A stretch of 64,000 bases of DNA from an uncultured cyanobacterium. GTDB taxonomy: Bacteria; Cyanobacteriota; Cyanobacteriia; Leptolyngbyales; Leptolyngbyaceae. The notes under the pieces were generated by a model that was given only the letters and a program-made list of their open reading frames with translations, searched no databases and was not told the DNA's origin. Where the stretch lies: positions 64,001 through 128,000 of the forward strand of contig CAVYAN010000061.1 in assembly GCA_963766075.1 (NCBI GenBank). The letters are read 5' to 3'. Position 1 is the stretch's first letter, and every line of letters starts with the position of its first letter. Below are positions 1 through 9,218 of the stretch, one piece after another. A program made the translations under genes and the position numbers.

Positions 1-1
1 G

Positions 2-1468
2 GATGTCCAAGACCGGGACCGCCAGTTTGCCTCCCACGTTGTGGGAATTAATGATGCACTGCGATCGGGCTATCACAGTGCGGAGAGCGTCGCTAGTATT
101 GCCCCGATCCAACAAGAACTCAACCACACCGCTATAGAAATGAACACACACACCTCCGGCTCGCTGGATGCCAGCGTCGTCAATCATGTCCGCCAACTGC
201 TGTCCCAGGGCTACCGCATCGGTACGGAACACGCCAATCCTCGCCATTTCCAAATTAGTTCGTGGAAAAGCTGCGCACTGATTCAATCCACCCGTGAAGC
301 TGAGGTATTGGGAGCGCTGAAGGGCTGCCTCGCCGATCACGCTGGAGACTATGTGCGCCTGATCGGGATTGATCCCAAGGCCAAGCGCCGCGTGCTGGAA
401 ACGATTATTCAACGTCCCGACGGCAAGCCTGTGCAAGTGACACAGAAAGTGAGCTATGCGGCGGCCCCCTCCACAGCCTCGGCGGTTGGTGCTAGCGGTG
501 GCAGTGGTCTGAGCCCGGATGTGATTGGTCAAATTCGTCAGCTTCTGGCCCAGGGTGCGAAAATTGGCATGGAACATGCCGATCCTCGCCGTTATCGCAC
601 GAGTTCTTGGACCAGTTGTACTCCTATCCAATCTACGAGTGAAGGCGCAGTGCTGTCGGCTTTACAAGCCTGCATGGCCGAACACGCAGGCGAGTATGTG
701 CGGGTGATTGGGATTGATCCACAGGCGAAGCGCCGGTTGGCAGAAATTACGATTCAGCGTCCGGGGGACACCAAGCCCAGTTCAGGGGGTGGCACGTCCT
801 ATGTTGCACCCACAAGTTCGGGAGCCGCAGCCAGCGGTGGAGGAACACGTTTAGGTTCAGCCGCACAACAAGTGGGGGCGATGATTGCCCAAGGCTGTAC
901 GATTGGCTTGGAAACGGCAGATGAGCGCCGATTTAAGATTGGTTCCTGGACGAGTGCAGGAACTATTCCGGCGCGGAGTCAGGCAGAGGCGATCGCGGCT
1001 CTAGAATCTTTCATCGCCAGCCACAGCGGTCAGTTTATCCGGGTGGTGGGTATTGATCCTAAGGCCAAGCGCCGTGTGGCTGAAGTGGTCGTCCATCGTC
1101 CAGGGCAGTCGGCAACGGCCAATGCAGCCCCGACTAGCTACAGTGCATCGTCAGGGCATGGAGCGGGCCACGGCGCTGCACCTGCTGCCAACGGCAAGGG
1201 CAAGTTAAACGGTGCTGTGGCAGATCAGGTGCGGCAACTGCTGACCCAAAGCTACAAGATTGGCGTGGAATATGCCGATGAGCGCCGCTACCGGGCCAGC
1301 ACTTGGCAAACGGGTACCTCGATTCCGGCGGGCCATGAGTCTAGTGTGATGGCGGCCTTGGAGTCTTTCCTGGGAGAACACCCGAAGGACTATGTGCGCT
1401 TGGTCGGGATTGATCCCAAAGCCAAACGACGGGTCACAGAAACGGTGATTTACAAGCCGAGTAAGTAG
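2..1468 (+). CDS. ccmM: Carboxysome scaffold protein CcmM (5'-truncated by the window edge); four Rubisco small-subunit-like (SSUL) domains
   Basis: Frame is open from base 2 (DVQDRDRQFASHVVGINDALRSGY, the end of the gamma-CA domain). Four repeats of VRQLL.QG..IG.E.AD.RR...SSW...YVR.IGIDPKAKRRV.E..I.RP follow, then ccmN. Confidence 0.97.
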   Translation, partial: DVQDRDRQFASHVVGINDALRSGYHSAESVASIAPIQQELNHTAIEMNTHTSGSLDASVVNHVRQLLSQGYRIGTEHANPRHFQISSWKSCALIQSTREAEVLGALKGCLADHAGDYVRLIGIDPKAKRRVLETIIQRPDGKPVQVTQKVSYAAAPSTASAVGASGGSGLSPDVIGQIRQLLAQGAKIGMEHADPRRYRTSSWTSCTPIQSTSEGAVLSALQACMAEHAGEYVRVIGIDPQAKRRLAEITIQRPGDTKPSSGGGTSYVAPTSSGAAASGGGTRLGSAAQQVGAMIAQGCTIGLETADERRFKIGSWTSAGTIPARSQAEAIAALESFIASHSGQFIRVVGIDPKAKRRVAEVVVHRPGQSATANAAPTSYSASSGHGAGHGAAPAANGKGKLNGAVADQVRQLLTQSYKIGVEYADERRYRASTWQTGTSIPAGHESSVMAALESFLGEHPKDYVRLVGIDPKAKRRVTETVIYKPSK

Positions 1469-1546
1469 GAGTTGAGAAGCCTAGGATGCTGGCAGAGGGT
1501 GGGACATTCTGCGCACCCCATCCAGCATCCTGACTTCCACAGAATT

Positions 1547-2599
1547 ATGACTATGTTGCCGTCACTTCAATTGCGTCCTCTGAGTACATCCCACTATTAC
1601 CTGAGTGGAGATGTTGTGATTGACGCAGGCGTGGCGATCGCCCCTGGGGTGATGATCCAGGCGGATCCCCAGACCAAGGTGATTATTCACTCCGGTGTTG
1701 TGATTGGCAGTGGTACAGTTATCCACGCCAATCATGGCAGTATTGAGATTGGGGCCGGGGCCATCATCGGCGCAGAAGTTTTACTGGTTGGTAATATCCA
1801 AATTGGCGAGCAGGCGTGCATTGGGGCGGCGAGCACAATTTTCCACCGTCCTGCGCTGATCGGCAAGGTTGCGCTGCAAATCGGGGCAGGCGATTTAATT
1901 CCTCCGGGGGCGTTATTGGGCGATACCAGTCGCAAGGCCGAATCGGCACCCCACGCAACCCCTGGTATGACTGATGGGGCAACTGTGACCGATGGGGCAA
2001 CGGCCAATTCTTCTGTTCCTAGCGCCGCTGCTATGGGGGCACCCATGGGGACTGCCGCCCACAATGCTCCTAGAAATGGCAGCGCGACTAGCTATTCCAA
2101 TCCTGGCTATTCCAATCCTGGGTATCCCAATCCTGGAGTCAATGGACAGTCGGGGAATGCCGCCCCTCCTGCCGATGTCTCCCTACAGGGACAAACAGGC
2201 TTTGCGGCCTCCGCAACCCACGGGTTTGTGGGAGTTCCCCAAACTGAATCTACCTCTGAGGCTGGAACGGCTCCGTTTAGCGCCGGGAATTCCTATTTTC
2301 AGGCACCGACATCAAGACAGCCGGATTTGCCCTGCCAACCGTTTACTGAGACTCCTCTGCCCTCAATCGGTACGCCTCCCCCGCCAACCCGAGTAGCTCC
2401 TCAGCCCAGCTATCCGGGACCGTTTACGATGCCTAAAGCAGATGTCCCGTCTCCGGTTCCTGTGTCCCCTGAACATTCTCCGGAATCAGATTCGACTGCG
2501 ATACAACCCAGCACCAACGGTGCCGGAACGGTGAATTACGTGAATCAAATGTTGGGGCGGATGTTCCCCACCGTGGGAACCACTCGCAAACCTGATTAG
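1547..2599 (+). CDS. ccmN: Carboxysome protein CcmN (hexapeptide-repeat N-domain, long Pro/Gly linker, C-terminal encapsulation peptide)
   Basis: SGDVVIDAGVAIAPGVMIQADP..IGSGTVIHA..G.IEIGAGAIIG motif; C-terminal NYVNQMLGRMFP; directly after ccmM. ATG at 1547 or 1553 preferred to the TTG at 1472. Confidence 0.93.
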   Translation: MTMLPSLQLRPLSTSHYYLSGDVVIDAGVAIAPGVMIQADPQTKVIIHSGVVIGSGTVIHANHGSIEIGAGAIIGAEVLLVGNIQIGEQACIGAASTIFHRPALIGKVALQIGAGDLIPPGALLGDTSRKAESAPHATPGMTDGATVTDGATANSSVPSAAAMGAPMGTAAHNAPRNGSATSYSNPGYSNPGYPNPGVNGQSGNAAPPADVSLQGQTGFAASATHGFVGVPQTESTSEAGTAPFSAGNSYFQAPTSRQPDLPCQPFTETPLPSIGTPPPPTRVAPQPSYPGPFTMPKADVPSPVPVSPEHSPESDSTAIQPSTNGAGTVNYVNQMLGRMFPTVGTTRKPD

Positions 2600-3195
2600 G
2601 CTCCATTGCTGATGGTTAATCGGCAAGTTTTGATGGCTAAATTCAGCAATGGTTCGTGCTGATGATTCCTTAGGTTGGCCGAGAGGGTTGCAATCGTCGG
2701 TGCCACTATCCTTGTCTCTATCAGTTGGGCAGACGGTTTATCGATTCTTCATGCAAAGTTTCGGGATTTCTTTCAGGATCTCTCTGAGTCGGTGGGAATA
2801 CTTAAAAGTACCCTATGCCATTTATTCATGACACCACAAAAGGTGCTGAACCCTGCTCAATGGCGTGATTCATCAGCGATCGCGCCGTTGCGGTACTGCT
2901 TGCCGTCACCCCAAAATAGATTAGCAAAAGCAACACGGGCGGATCGTTCGATCCCGATGTTCCTGGACAGCCGCACGGCGTCAATCCTACCGGAGCGGGG
3001 CACTGGCGTTGTCAAAGGCTCCAAAGATTTAGGAATCCCTATAATCAGTGACCTCACAAAGGGCTGGCTAGCCGTTGATGAAGACTTGCTAGCGGGAAGT
3101 GCACGAACGGGACTAACGCCAACTGACCCGATACAATGTTGGCGAGGGAACGTGCAAGATGTGTTGTTATTGAGTGTCCTGTGGAGGTGCTGGGG

Positions 3196-4431
3196 ATGAG
3201 AATACCTGCGTGGCTGACGAGAAACAATGTGGTCAAAGGGGCTGCTGCCCTGGTGATTGGTGGCGCAGCGTCCTTCCTTGCCTATGGCCTTTACACGGGA
3301 CATGTGAAGACGGGATTCCTAGCGGATGAAAAGGTCACCAAGAGTGAAAAGAGAAATGATGAGAGGGAACTGATTGAAACCGTCACGACCACTACCGTTC
3401 AGGATGCAAAGACGCTGTGGGAGTGGTTGCAGCTCTCTAGCACACTGGCTATTCCGGTTTTAATTGCGGTTTTAATCTATCAATTGCGACAGCGCGATCA
3501 AATCCGCGCTATTGAGCAAGCCGAAACGGACCGCAAACGGGCTGAAGACCAAGCTGTCCTGGAACGGGAAATAGTAGACAACAATCAAAAAGAGGAAGCC
3601 CTTCAGGCGTATTTTGATCGGCTATCGGACCTGTTAGTCGAGCAAAACTTGATTGCGATCGCGATGGAACTGAACAATCAGCCAGAGGCGCAGCAAGATA
3701 TTGCCAAACGGGAAAAGCTGAATGCCGCTGTCGATGTGATTCGCGCCCGCACATTAGCGATTTTGCGCCGATTTGGCAAGGATGGAGAGCGGAAAAGGCA
3801 TGTGATTCAATTCTTGATTGAAGCAGAAGTCCTGGGCAAGTTAAAACTTCGGCTCAGCGGGGCCAACCTGAGCGATGTCTTCCTCAGTAGTGCCAACCTG
3901 AGCGGAGCAAACCTCAGTAATGTGGATCTCAGCGGGGCCAATCTCTTTGGGGCGAACCTCAGTGGGGCGAACCTCAGCAGCGCCAAACTCAGCGGGGCCG
4001 ACCTGCGGGGGGCCAAGCTCAGTGGCGCTGACCTCAATAATACCGATCTCAGTGGAGCCAACCTTTTCAGTGCTTATCTGAGTGGGGCTTATCTGAGTGG
4101 GGCCTATCTGCGAGGGGCCAACCTCAGTGGGGCTGACCTCAGTAATACGGATCTGAGCCTTGCTAATCTGAGCTTGGCCAAACTGAGTGATGCCGACCTC
4201 AGCCTTGCCAACCTCAGCCTTGCTAAACTGAGCGATGCTGACCTGAGCGGTGCTTTCCTGAGCGGGGCCTATCTAAGCGGAGCCTACCTGAGTGGGGCTA
4301 ACCTCGGCAGTGCAAAAACGCTGACCCAAGAGCAGCTAGATGTGGCCAAGCTCTGCAAAACTAAGTTGCCTCAGGGGATAACGCTGAGTCCGAACCGTGA
4401 TTGCAATGCCTTGGGCCTGACTGAAAGCTAA
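3196..4431 (+). CDS. Membrane-anchored pentapeptide repeat protein
   Basis: GGAGG at 3183 precedes ATG 3196. Hydrophobic N-terminal segments, KTLWEWLQL...EALQAYFDRLSDLL...RARTLAILR, then a long run of A(N/D/Y)LSG pentapeptides. Confidence 0.9.
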   Translation: MRIPAWLTRNNVVKGAAALVIGGAASFLAYGLYTGHVKTGFLADEKVTKSEKRNDERELIETVTTTTVQDAKTLWEWLQLSSTLAIPVLIAVLIYQLRQRDQIRAIEQAETDRKRAEDQAVLEREIVDNNQKEEALQAYFDRLSDLLVEQNLIAIAMELNNQPEAQQDIAKREKLNAAVDVIRARTLAILRRFGKDGERKRHVIQFLIEAEVLGKLKLRLSGANLSDVFLSSANLSGANLSNVDLSGANLFGANLSGANLSSAKLSGADLRGAKLSGADLNNTDLSGANLFSAYLSGAYLSGAYLRGANLSGADLSNTDLSLANLSLAKLSDADLSLANLSLAKLSDADLSGAFLSGAYLSGAYLSGANLGSAKTLTQEQLDVAKLCKTKLPQGITLSPNRDCNALGLTES

Positions 4432-4607
4432 TTCATCTGGGGGCGCACTCAAGAGGCGCACTCAAGACTAGATGAGCTTGCAGGGAAAAGCTTGGGGTGG
4501 GGTCAGGTTTGGGGGCGGACTGTGCTGCTAAACCTGACCCTATCCGTTAAAACAGCCTCAACTCATGAAAGAATGGGGGTTGGTTTAGCCAGCGTCTTCT
4601 ATGTTTT

Positions 4608-4937
4608 ATGTCCAATACCTATACTGTTGAGATTAGCCACCAAGGGCAGACCCACACGATCCAAGTCCCTGACGATCGCCCCATTTTGACTGTGGCGAAT
4701 GAGCTGGGCTTAGATCTTCCTTCTTCCTGCACCGCTGGGATTTGCACGACCTGTGCGGCTCAAGTCACCCATGGCACCGTGGATCAGCCCGATGCCATGG
4801 GTGTTAGTCCTGAAATGAAGGAAAAGGGATTTGCCCTGCTGTGTGTGTCTTATGCGCGATCGGATTTGAAGATCGAAACAGAAAAAGAGGATGCGGTCTA
4901 TCAACTTCAATTTGGTCAGTATCAGCAGCAAAAGTAG
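4608..4937 (+). CDS. [2Fe-2S] ferredoxin, Fed3/FdC1-like with C-terminal extension
   Basis: LPSSCTAGICTTC...LLCVSYARSD cluster ligands; EKEDAVYQLQFG tail typical of the minor cyanobacterial ferredoxin. Confidence 0.92.
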   Translation: MSNTYTVEISHQGQTHTIQVPDDRPILTVANELGLDLPSSCTAGICTTCAAQVTHGTVDQPDAMGVSPEMKEKGFALLCVSYARSDLKIETEKEDAVYQLQFGQYQQQK

Positions 4938-4967
4938 CCACATCCGTACACCTCGCCGAGGCATGGC

Positions 4968-5183
4968 GTGATCACCCAGTTCATCACAACCGAAGTGGCA
5001 CGGCCTGAGATGGCCAGCGAGTTACCGCAGGCGATCGCCCTAGCCCTGAGCGCCTCGGGTGAGCCTTTGCGCTGGGCGATTACGGCAGTCCGAGCTGATC
5101 GGCAAGCCGTGGTGGTGGAGGCGATCGTCACCCTCAGGGATGAGGCCATCCCAAGTGCGTCCTCCCCGCCCGCCTCTCTATAG
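4968..5183 (+). CDS. Small conserved hypothetical protein
   Basis: 71-aa ORF packed between the ferredoxin and the kinase; GEPLRWAIT motif recalled from small cyanobacterial proteins. Confidence 0.6.
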   Translation: MITQFITTEVARPEMASELPQAIALALSASGEPLRWAITAVRADRQAVVVEAIVTLRDEAIPSASSPPASL

Positions 5184-5220
5184 CGTTCCCCAGCCGATAA
5201 CCCCAAACAAAGCCACCGCT

Positions 5221-6531
5221 ATGACGACTCCCAAGATTATTGTCCTGGATGATGACCCAACGGGTTCCCAGACGGTGCATAGCTGTTTACTGCTGACCCA
5301 GTGGGATATGGAAACGCTCCTGATTGGCTTGAGGGATGCTGCGCCGATTTTCTTTGTGCTAACGAATACGCGGGCCTTGACCCCGGAAAAGGCTGCTGCC
5401 GTCACGCGGGAGGTCTGTCAGAATTTGCAGCGGGCGATCGCCGCCGCCAATATTCACGACTTTCTGGTGGTCAGCCGCTCCGATTCCACCCTGCGGGGTC
5501 ACTATCCGGTTGAAACGGACGTAATTGCTGAGGAACTCGGCCCCTTTGATGCCCATTTCTTGGTTCCTGCCTTTTTTGAAGGGGGACGCACCACCCGTGA
5601 TAGTATCCATTACCTCAAGGTCAACGGTATCGATACACCAGTCCATGAAACGGAATTTGCTCGCGATTCGGTTTTTGCCTACAGTCATAGCTATCTGCCC
5701 GACTATGTGGCCGAGAAAACCCAAGGCCGAATTCCAGCCCAGCAGGTGGAGCGCTTTCTGCTGGCGGATATCCGGGCGGGCAGTTTAGACCGCTTGCTAC
5801 GCCTGCACGACAACCAATGCGGTGTGGTGGACGGTGAAACCCAGACAGATTTGGATCGATTTGCCCAGGATATTTTGGCCGCAGCGGCTCAGGGCAAGCG
5901 ATTTTTGTTTCGCAGTGCGGCCAGCATTCTCACGGCTTTGGCGGCATTGCCTCCCCAGGCGATCGCCCCTGCAGATATGGCTACCTATGTTCGGAACGGT
6001 AAACCCGGTGCCATCATCGTCGGTTCCCACGTCAAAAAAACCACCGAGCAGTTGCAGCATCTCCTCCAGCAACCCGGCATCGTCGGCGTGGAAATTGATG
6101 TCGCCCAGATCCTCACGCCGGGTGGCCCCGCTGCCCTCCTACAAGCCACTTTGGAAAAAGTCAGCACAATCCATGCGGCGGGTAACACCCCCGCCATCTA
6201 CACCAGTCGGCAGGAGCTTAGCTTCGAGGATGTCCAAACCCGCCTCAACTTCGGCGAATCTGTTTCTAATTTACTCATGGACGTGATTCGCCATCTCCCC
6301 GCCGATATTGGCTTTCTGATCAGCAAAGGTGGCATTACTTCTAACGATACCCTCAGCCGTGGATTGGCATTGAGGACCGCTCGACTCCTCGGTCAAGTCC
6401 TCGCCGGGGTTTCCATGGTCCGCACCCCTGCTGATCATCCCCAATATCCCGATCTGCCAGTGGTGTTATTTCCTGGGAATGTCGGCGATGCCACCGCCCT
6501 GGCCACGGTTTATCAACGCCTCAGTGGGTAG
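5221..6531 (+). CDS. Four-carbon acid sugar kinase family protein (DUF1537/YgbK-like)
   Basis: KIIVLDDDPTGSQTVH, SRSDSTLRGH, ISKGGITSND and VLFPGNVGD motifs; ATG at 5221. Confidence 0.92.
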   Translation: MTTPKIIVLDDDPTGSQTVHSCLLLTQWDMETLLIGLRDAAPIFFVLTNTRALTPEKAAAVTREVCQNLQRAIAAANIHDFLVVSRSDSTLRGHYPVETDVIAEELGPFDAHFLVPAFFEGGRTTRDSIHYLKVNGIDTPVHETEFARDSVFAYSHSYLPDYVAEKTQGRIPAQQVERFLLADIRAGSLDRLLRLHDNQCGVVDGETQTDLDRFAQDILAAAAQGKRFLFRSAASILTALAALPPQAIAPADMATYVRNGKPGAIIVGSHVKKTTEQLQHLLQQPGIVGVEIDVAQILTPGGPAALLQATLEKVSTIHAAGNTPAIYTSRQELSFEDVQTRLNFGESVSNLLMDVIRHLPADIGFLISKGGITSNDTLSRGLALRTARLLGQVLAGVSMVRTPADHPQYPDLPVVLFPGNVGDATALATVYQRLSG

Positions 6532-6542
6532 GTACAATTAAT

Positions 6543-6596
6543 AGCTCCCCGGCATTTAATTAAGATCCCCGGCATTTTGAGAAATGCCGGGGAGCT
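6543..6596. terminator. Palindromic element / probable bidirectional terminator
   Basis: AGCTCCCCGGCATTT (6543-6557) and its perfect reverse complement AAATGCCGGGGAGCT (6582-6596), with an internal second copy TCCCCGGCATTT; lies between convergent coding sequences. Confidence 0.6.
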
Positions 6597-6622
6597 TAAA
6601 ACGCACAGTTTAACTATGCTTT

Positions 6623-6949
6623 CTAACGTTCTAAAACCCTGGAATAGCCCACATCCATCAGACATCCTTGCAGCATATTCGCCCCAATTCCTGCTTCGCG
6701 GCAAACCGCTTCGGCGTGACGAATCTGATCAGGCATTAAGGATGCCAAACTGTGATAGCGCTTGGGAAATTGGCGATCGGTAAATGTCGTTGTTGATTGT
6801 CCCGGTTCATAGTCAAACAAGGATTCTTCCGATTTGATTCGCCAACTGTCCCCAAAGTCCCCATTGAGTTTATCGAAAAATTCGCGCTCCACTGTATCCA
6901 GGGGCACTGGCACTGGCAGAAAGTTCGACAGGGCGGATTTGACCGAACC
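6623..6949 (-). pseudogene. 3' remnant of a VWD-domain-associated secreted protein gene
   Basis: Reads GSVKSALSNFLPVPVPLDTVEREFFDKLNGDFGDSWRIKSEESLFDYEPGQSTTTFTDRQFP...AEAVCREAG...LQGCLMDVG, resembling the DSWRI..ESLFDY/C..C tail after bacterial VWD domains. No 5' part; abuts a truncated MITE. Confidence 0.65.
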
Positions 6950-6950
6950 A

Positions 6951-7043
6951 GACTCCGCTCAGGGAGCAATCTTCCGCTGGCTTCGACTCCGCTCAGCCAG
7001 CGGCTCTATTACCTAGCAGGTATATTATTTCTTGGAAATCACC
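6951..7043 (+). mobile_element. Left-truncated copy of the MITE family (copy A)
   Basis: GCCAGCGGCTCTATTACCTAGCAGGTATATTATTTCTTGGAAATCACC|TTA matches the right half and right TIR of copy B (40679-40835). Confidence 0.75.
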
Positions 7044-7631
7044 TTAAACATAAGGCTCGATGGATCACAAATCGAACTTTGCATCACTCAACAGGTCGAG
7101 GCCCTGGCCAAACTAGCCATCCTGCGCTAAGTTCTCTGCTCTGCTGGACAACATCCACCAAGTAATTCACTGCCCTGAATCTCGCAAAATTACTCGATTA
7201 GGTGGATGCTGATTGTCGATATCGGAGATCCGCCGAGGCTTGCGAAGCCCAGAGATTTTGTTTTTTGGAATCACCTAACGGCTTGTCGTTTTCGTCGTTT
7301 TCAATAAATGCTTCATCAAACAGCAAGACTTATTAATTTTTTCGTAAAGGATGGTGAATATGAAGTGGGTTTTTCATTGCTTGTGGGAAGGTAGGAGTGT
7401 CAGTTGATTCTCCGCAGTTGTGTTGAGCGAATACATCTACTGAACCGTTAAATCGGTTGCAGATTGGGCAATTGTGGAGATTGCAGGGTAGCGAATATCA
7501 CATCGGTCTTGAATAGCAAAAGTTCCGAAGCAATCACCGTTAATTGAGAGTTTGTGTGGGTGCATCATTGCGTGATCGGTCAATATCTACCGCAACGTTG
7601 TACACAATAATTCATCAGTAGAGGATTTGAT

Positions 7632-8150
7632 ATGATGCGTCGTTTTGGAATGGCTGCTGCAACTGTATTTGCAGGGCTAATGTCTGCTGTATCTGGAGTT
7701 TCGGCACAAACGATTGATGTGCCTTTTAATGGGTTCGTGGGGAATGTTTGCACATTTGATAATTTAACCGCTGGGGTTTTAGCCACTAACTCTACTGCCA
7801 AAACTATTCTTTCATCCACACAACCGGGCGGTTCAGATGCTACGGTACGACTGAATTGCAATGGCAGTGCCCGGATTTCAGTCGGCGATATGGTGGCAGA
7901 GAACACGCTATCGGCCAATCTCTTGGCGGGAACCACCGTCAGCTTATCTAGTCGAGGCACATCTGTGTATCAATCCAATGATCTTAAGGCACAAACAAGT
8001 AATGGTGTAGCTCAAACTGTGACTGCAAATACAGTGACATTTAGTGGTTCTCCTATCAGTTTGCGAGTACAAATGTTCATTAATGCAAACAGTACTATGC
8101 CCGGTGGTGCCTACTCATTCACCGTTCCAGTGACGGCAACTCCGCTGTAG
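7632..8150 (+). CDS. Secreted pilin-like subunit (spore coat U/Csu-type chaperone-usher major subunit candidate)
   Basis: Signal peptide (MMRRFGMAAATVFAGLMSAVSGVSAQ), two Cys (GNVCTF, RLNCNG), beta-rich, C-terminal GAYSFTVPVT; lies upstream of a PapD-like chaperone. Confidence 0.7.
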   Translation: MMRRFGMAAATVFAGLMSAVSGVSAQTIDVPFNGFVGNVCTFDNLTAGVLATNSTAKTILSSTQPGGSDATVRLNCNGSARISVGDMVAENTLSANLLAGTTVSLSSRGTSVYQSNDLKAQTSNGVAQTVTANTVTFSGSPISLRVQMFINANSTMPGGAYSFTVPVTATPL

Positions 8151-8170
8151 TCCTTCAAGACTTTCATGCC

Positions 8171-8270
8171 TGACCCAAGATCAAGGTAATACCTCTTGGG
8201 TCAATCCCCCAGATCCCAATGCTACGGGAACCCTATTCCTCAAAGTCCCTCAACATTGGGAATTTGGGGG
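8171..8270 (+). terminator. Two stem-loops between the pilin and chaperone genes
   Basis: TGACCCAAGA/TCTTGGGTCA perfect 10-bp inverted repeat (8171-8203), plus imperfect CCCCCAGATCCCAATG/CATTGGGAATTTGGGGG. Confidence 0.55.
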
Positions 8271-8353
8271 GCGCAGGCATAACTTGACCGACAACTAAAA
8301 AAGATTGGATTAAAGGGTGCACCTACATTACTATTGCGCACTCCTGCTTTCAC

Positions 8354-9205
8354 TTGATAACGAACAATATAATTTTTAATGCGATGCAATTTACGCCTAA
8401 ATTTGTTGCCCATTCATTGTTGGGCACATCACTTCTCGTAGTCAGTCTGCTGTTTCCCCGGTTAGCGCAAGCGCAACTCTCGCTCTCGCCCATGGTGATT
8501 GAAACTACCACAAACAAGGGAAGGGCACAAGGATCAATTGAAATCGCCAATCCTGGCAGTCAACCGTTTCGTGCTCGGGTTTACACCCAGCCGTTTACCT
8601 ACAACCGTGATGGCAGCTTTCAGGTGCTGCCCACCGATCCTAGTGATGTAAGCAATTACCTCCAATTCTCGCCCCGCGAACTGGTAGTCGAACCTGGCGC
8701 TACGCGGCGCATTCGGTTGGTGTCTCTGTTGCCGCCCAGTTTGCCTGCCGGAGAATATCGTGCTGTTCTATTCACCGAGAGCCTGGAAGCGATTTCCCTT
8801 CCAGGGCAAACGGGACAAATTCGTGTTGGTGTGGTTCCCACCATTGGGGTCACGGTCTATGTGCGGCATGGCCAAGTTTTCCCCAAGTTAGGGGTCCAGA
8901 GTGCCCGCTGGGATCACTTAAACAAAACGATACAACTTCTGGTCAGCAATACTGGCACGGCCTCTACTCGACCCTGGGTCATGTGGAAGTTACAGCAAGG
9001 GAGCCAGGTCATCGCCAGCAGCAAAACCGAACCTATGACCTTGATTACCAAAAGCGATCGCTTTTTGCCACTGGCACCGCCGAATCCCGCGCCTCAAATC
9101 GCCCCAGGAACCTATCAACTGACTGGAGAACTGCAATGGGGCGATGCCAATAATCCCAGCAAATTGCCCTTTAGCACAACACTCACGGTTTCCCCAAGTC
9201 CCTAA
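8354..9205 (+). CDS. PapD-like periplasmic pilus-assembly chaperone
   Basis: Signal peptide ending AQAQ; LSLSPMVIE...I.N.G..PFRARVY...YLQFSPREL.VEPG.TRRIRL....P.GEYRAVLF.E; second Ig domain with L.VSN.G.AS.RP. Start may be ATG 8384. Confidence 0.85.
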   Translation: MITNNIIFNAMQFTPKFVAHSLLGTSLLVVSLLFPRLAQAQLSLSPMVIETTTNKGRAQGSIEIANPGSQPFRARVYTQPFTYNRDGSFQVLPTDPSDVSNYLQFSPRELVVEPGATRRIRLVSLLPPSLPAGEYRAVLFTESLEAISLPGQTGQIRVGVVPTIGVTVYVRHGQVFPKLGVQSARWDHLNKTIQLLVSNTGTASTRPWVMWKLQQGSQVIASSKTEPMTLITKSDRFLPLAPPNPAPQIAPGTYQLTGELQWGDANNPSKLPFSTTLTVSPSP

Positions 9206-9218
9206 TCGGGGTAGTTGA

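Noticed and set aside
3046..3135. Possible structured leader or riboswitch upstream of the pentapeptide gene
   Set aside because: Only short stems (GCTAGC...GCTAGC); no riboswitch consensus recognised.
2675..3199. 174-aa ORF after ccmN and the antisense 148-aa ORF
   Set aside because: No recognisable motif, TTG start, overlaps the likely promoter (TATAAT at 3040) of the next gene; not ccmO.
3850..4310. Periodic 15/30-bp DNA repeats (also 35100-35890) as a possible array
   Set aside because: Fully explained by in-frame pentapeptide-repeat coding.
7487..7502. Possible CRP site upstream of the pilin gene
   Set aside because: Only the TCACA half matches; the left half reads GGTAG rather than TGTGA.
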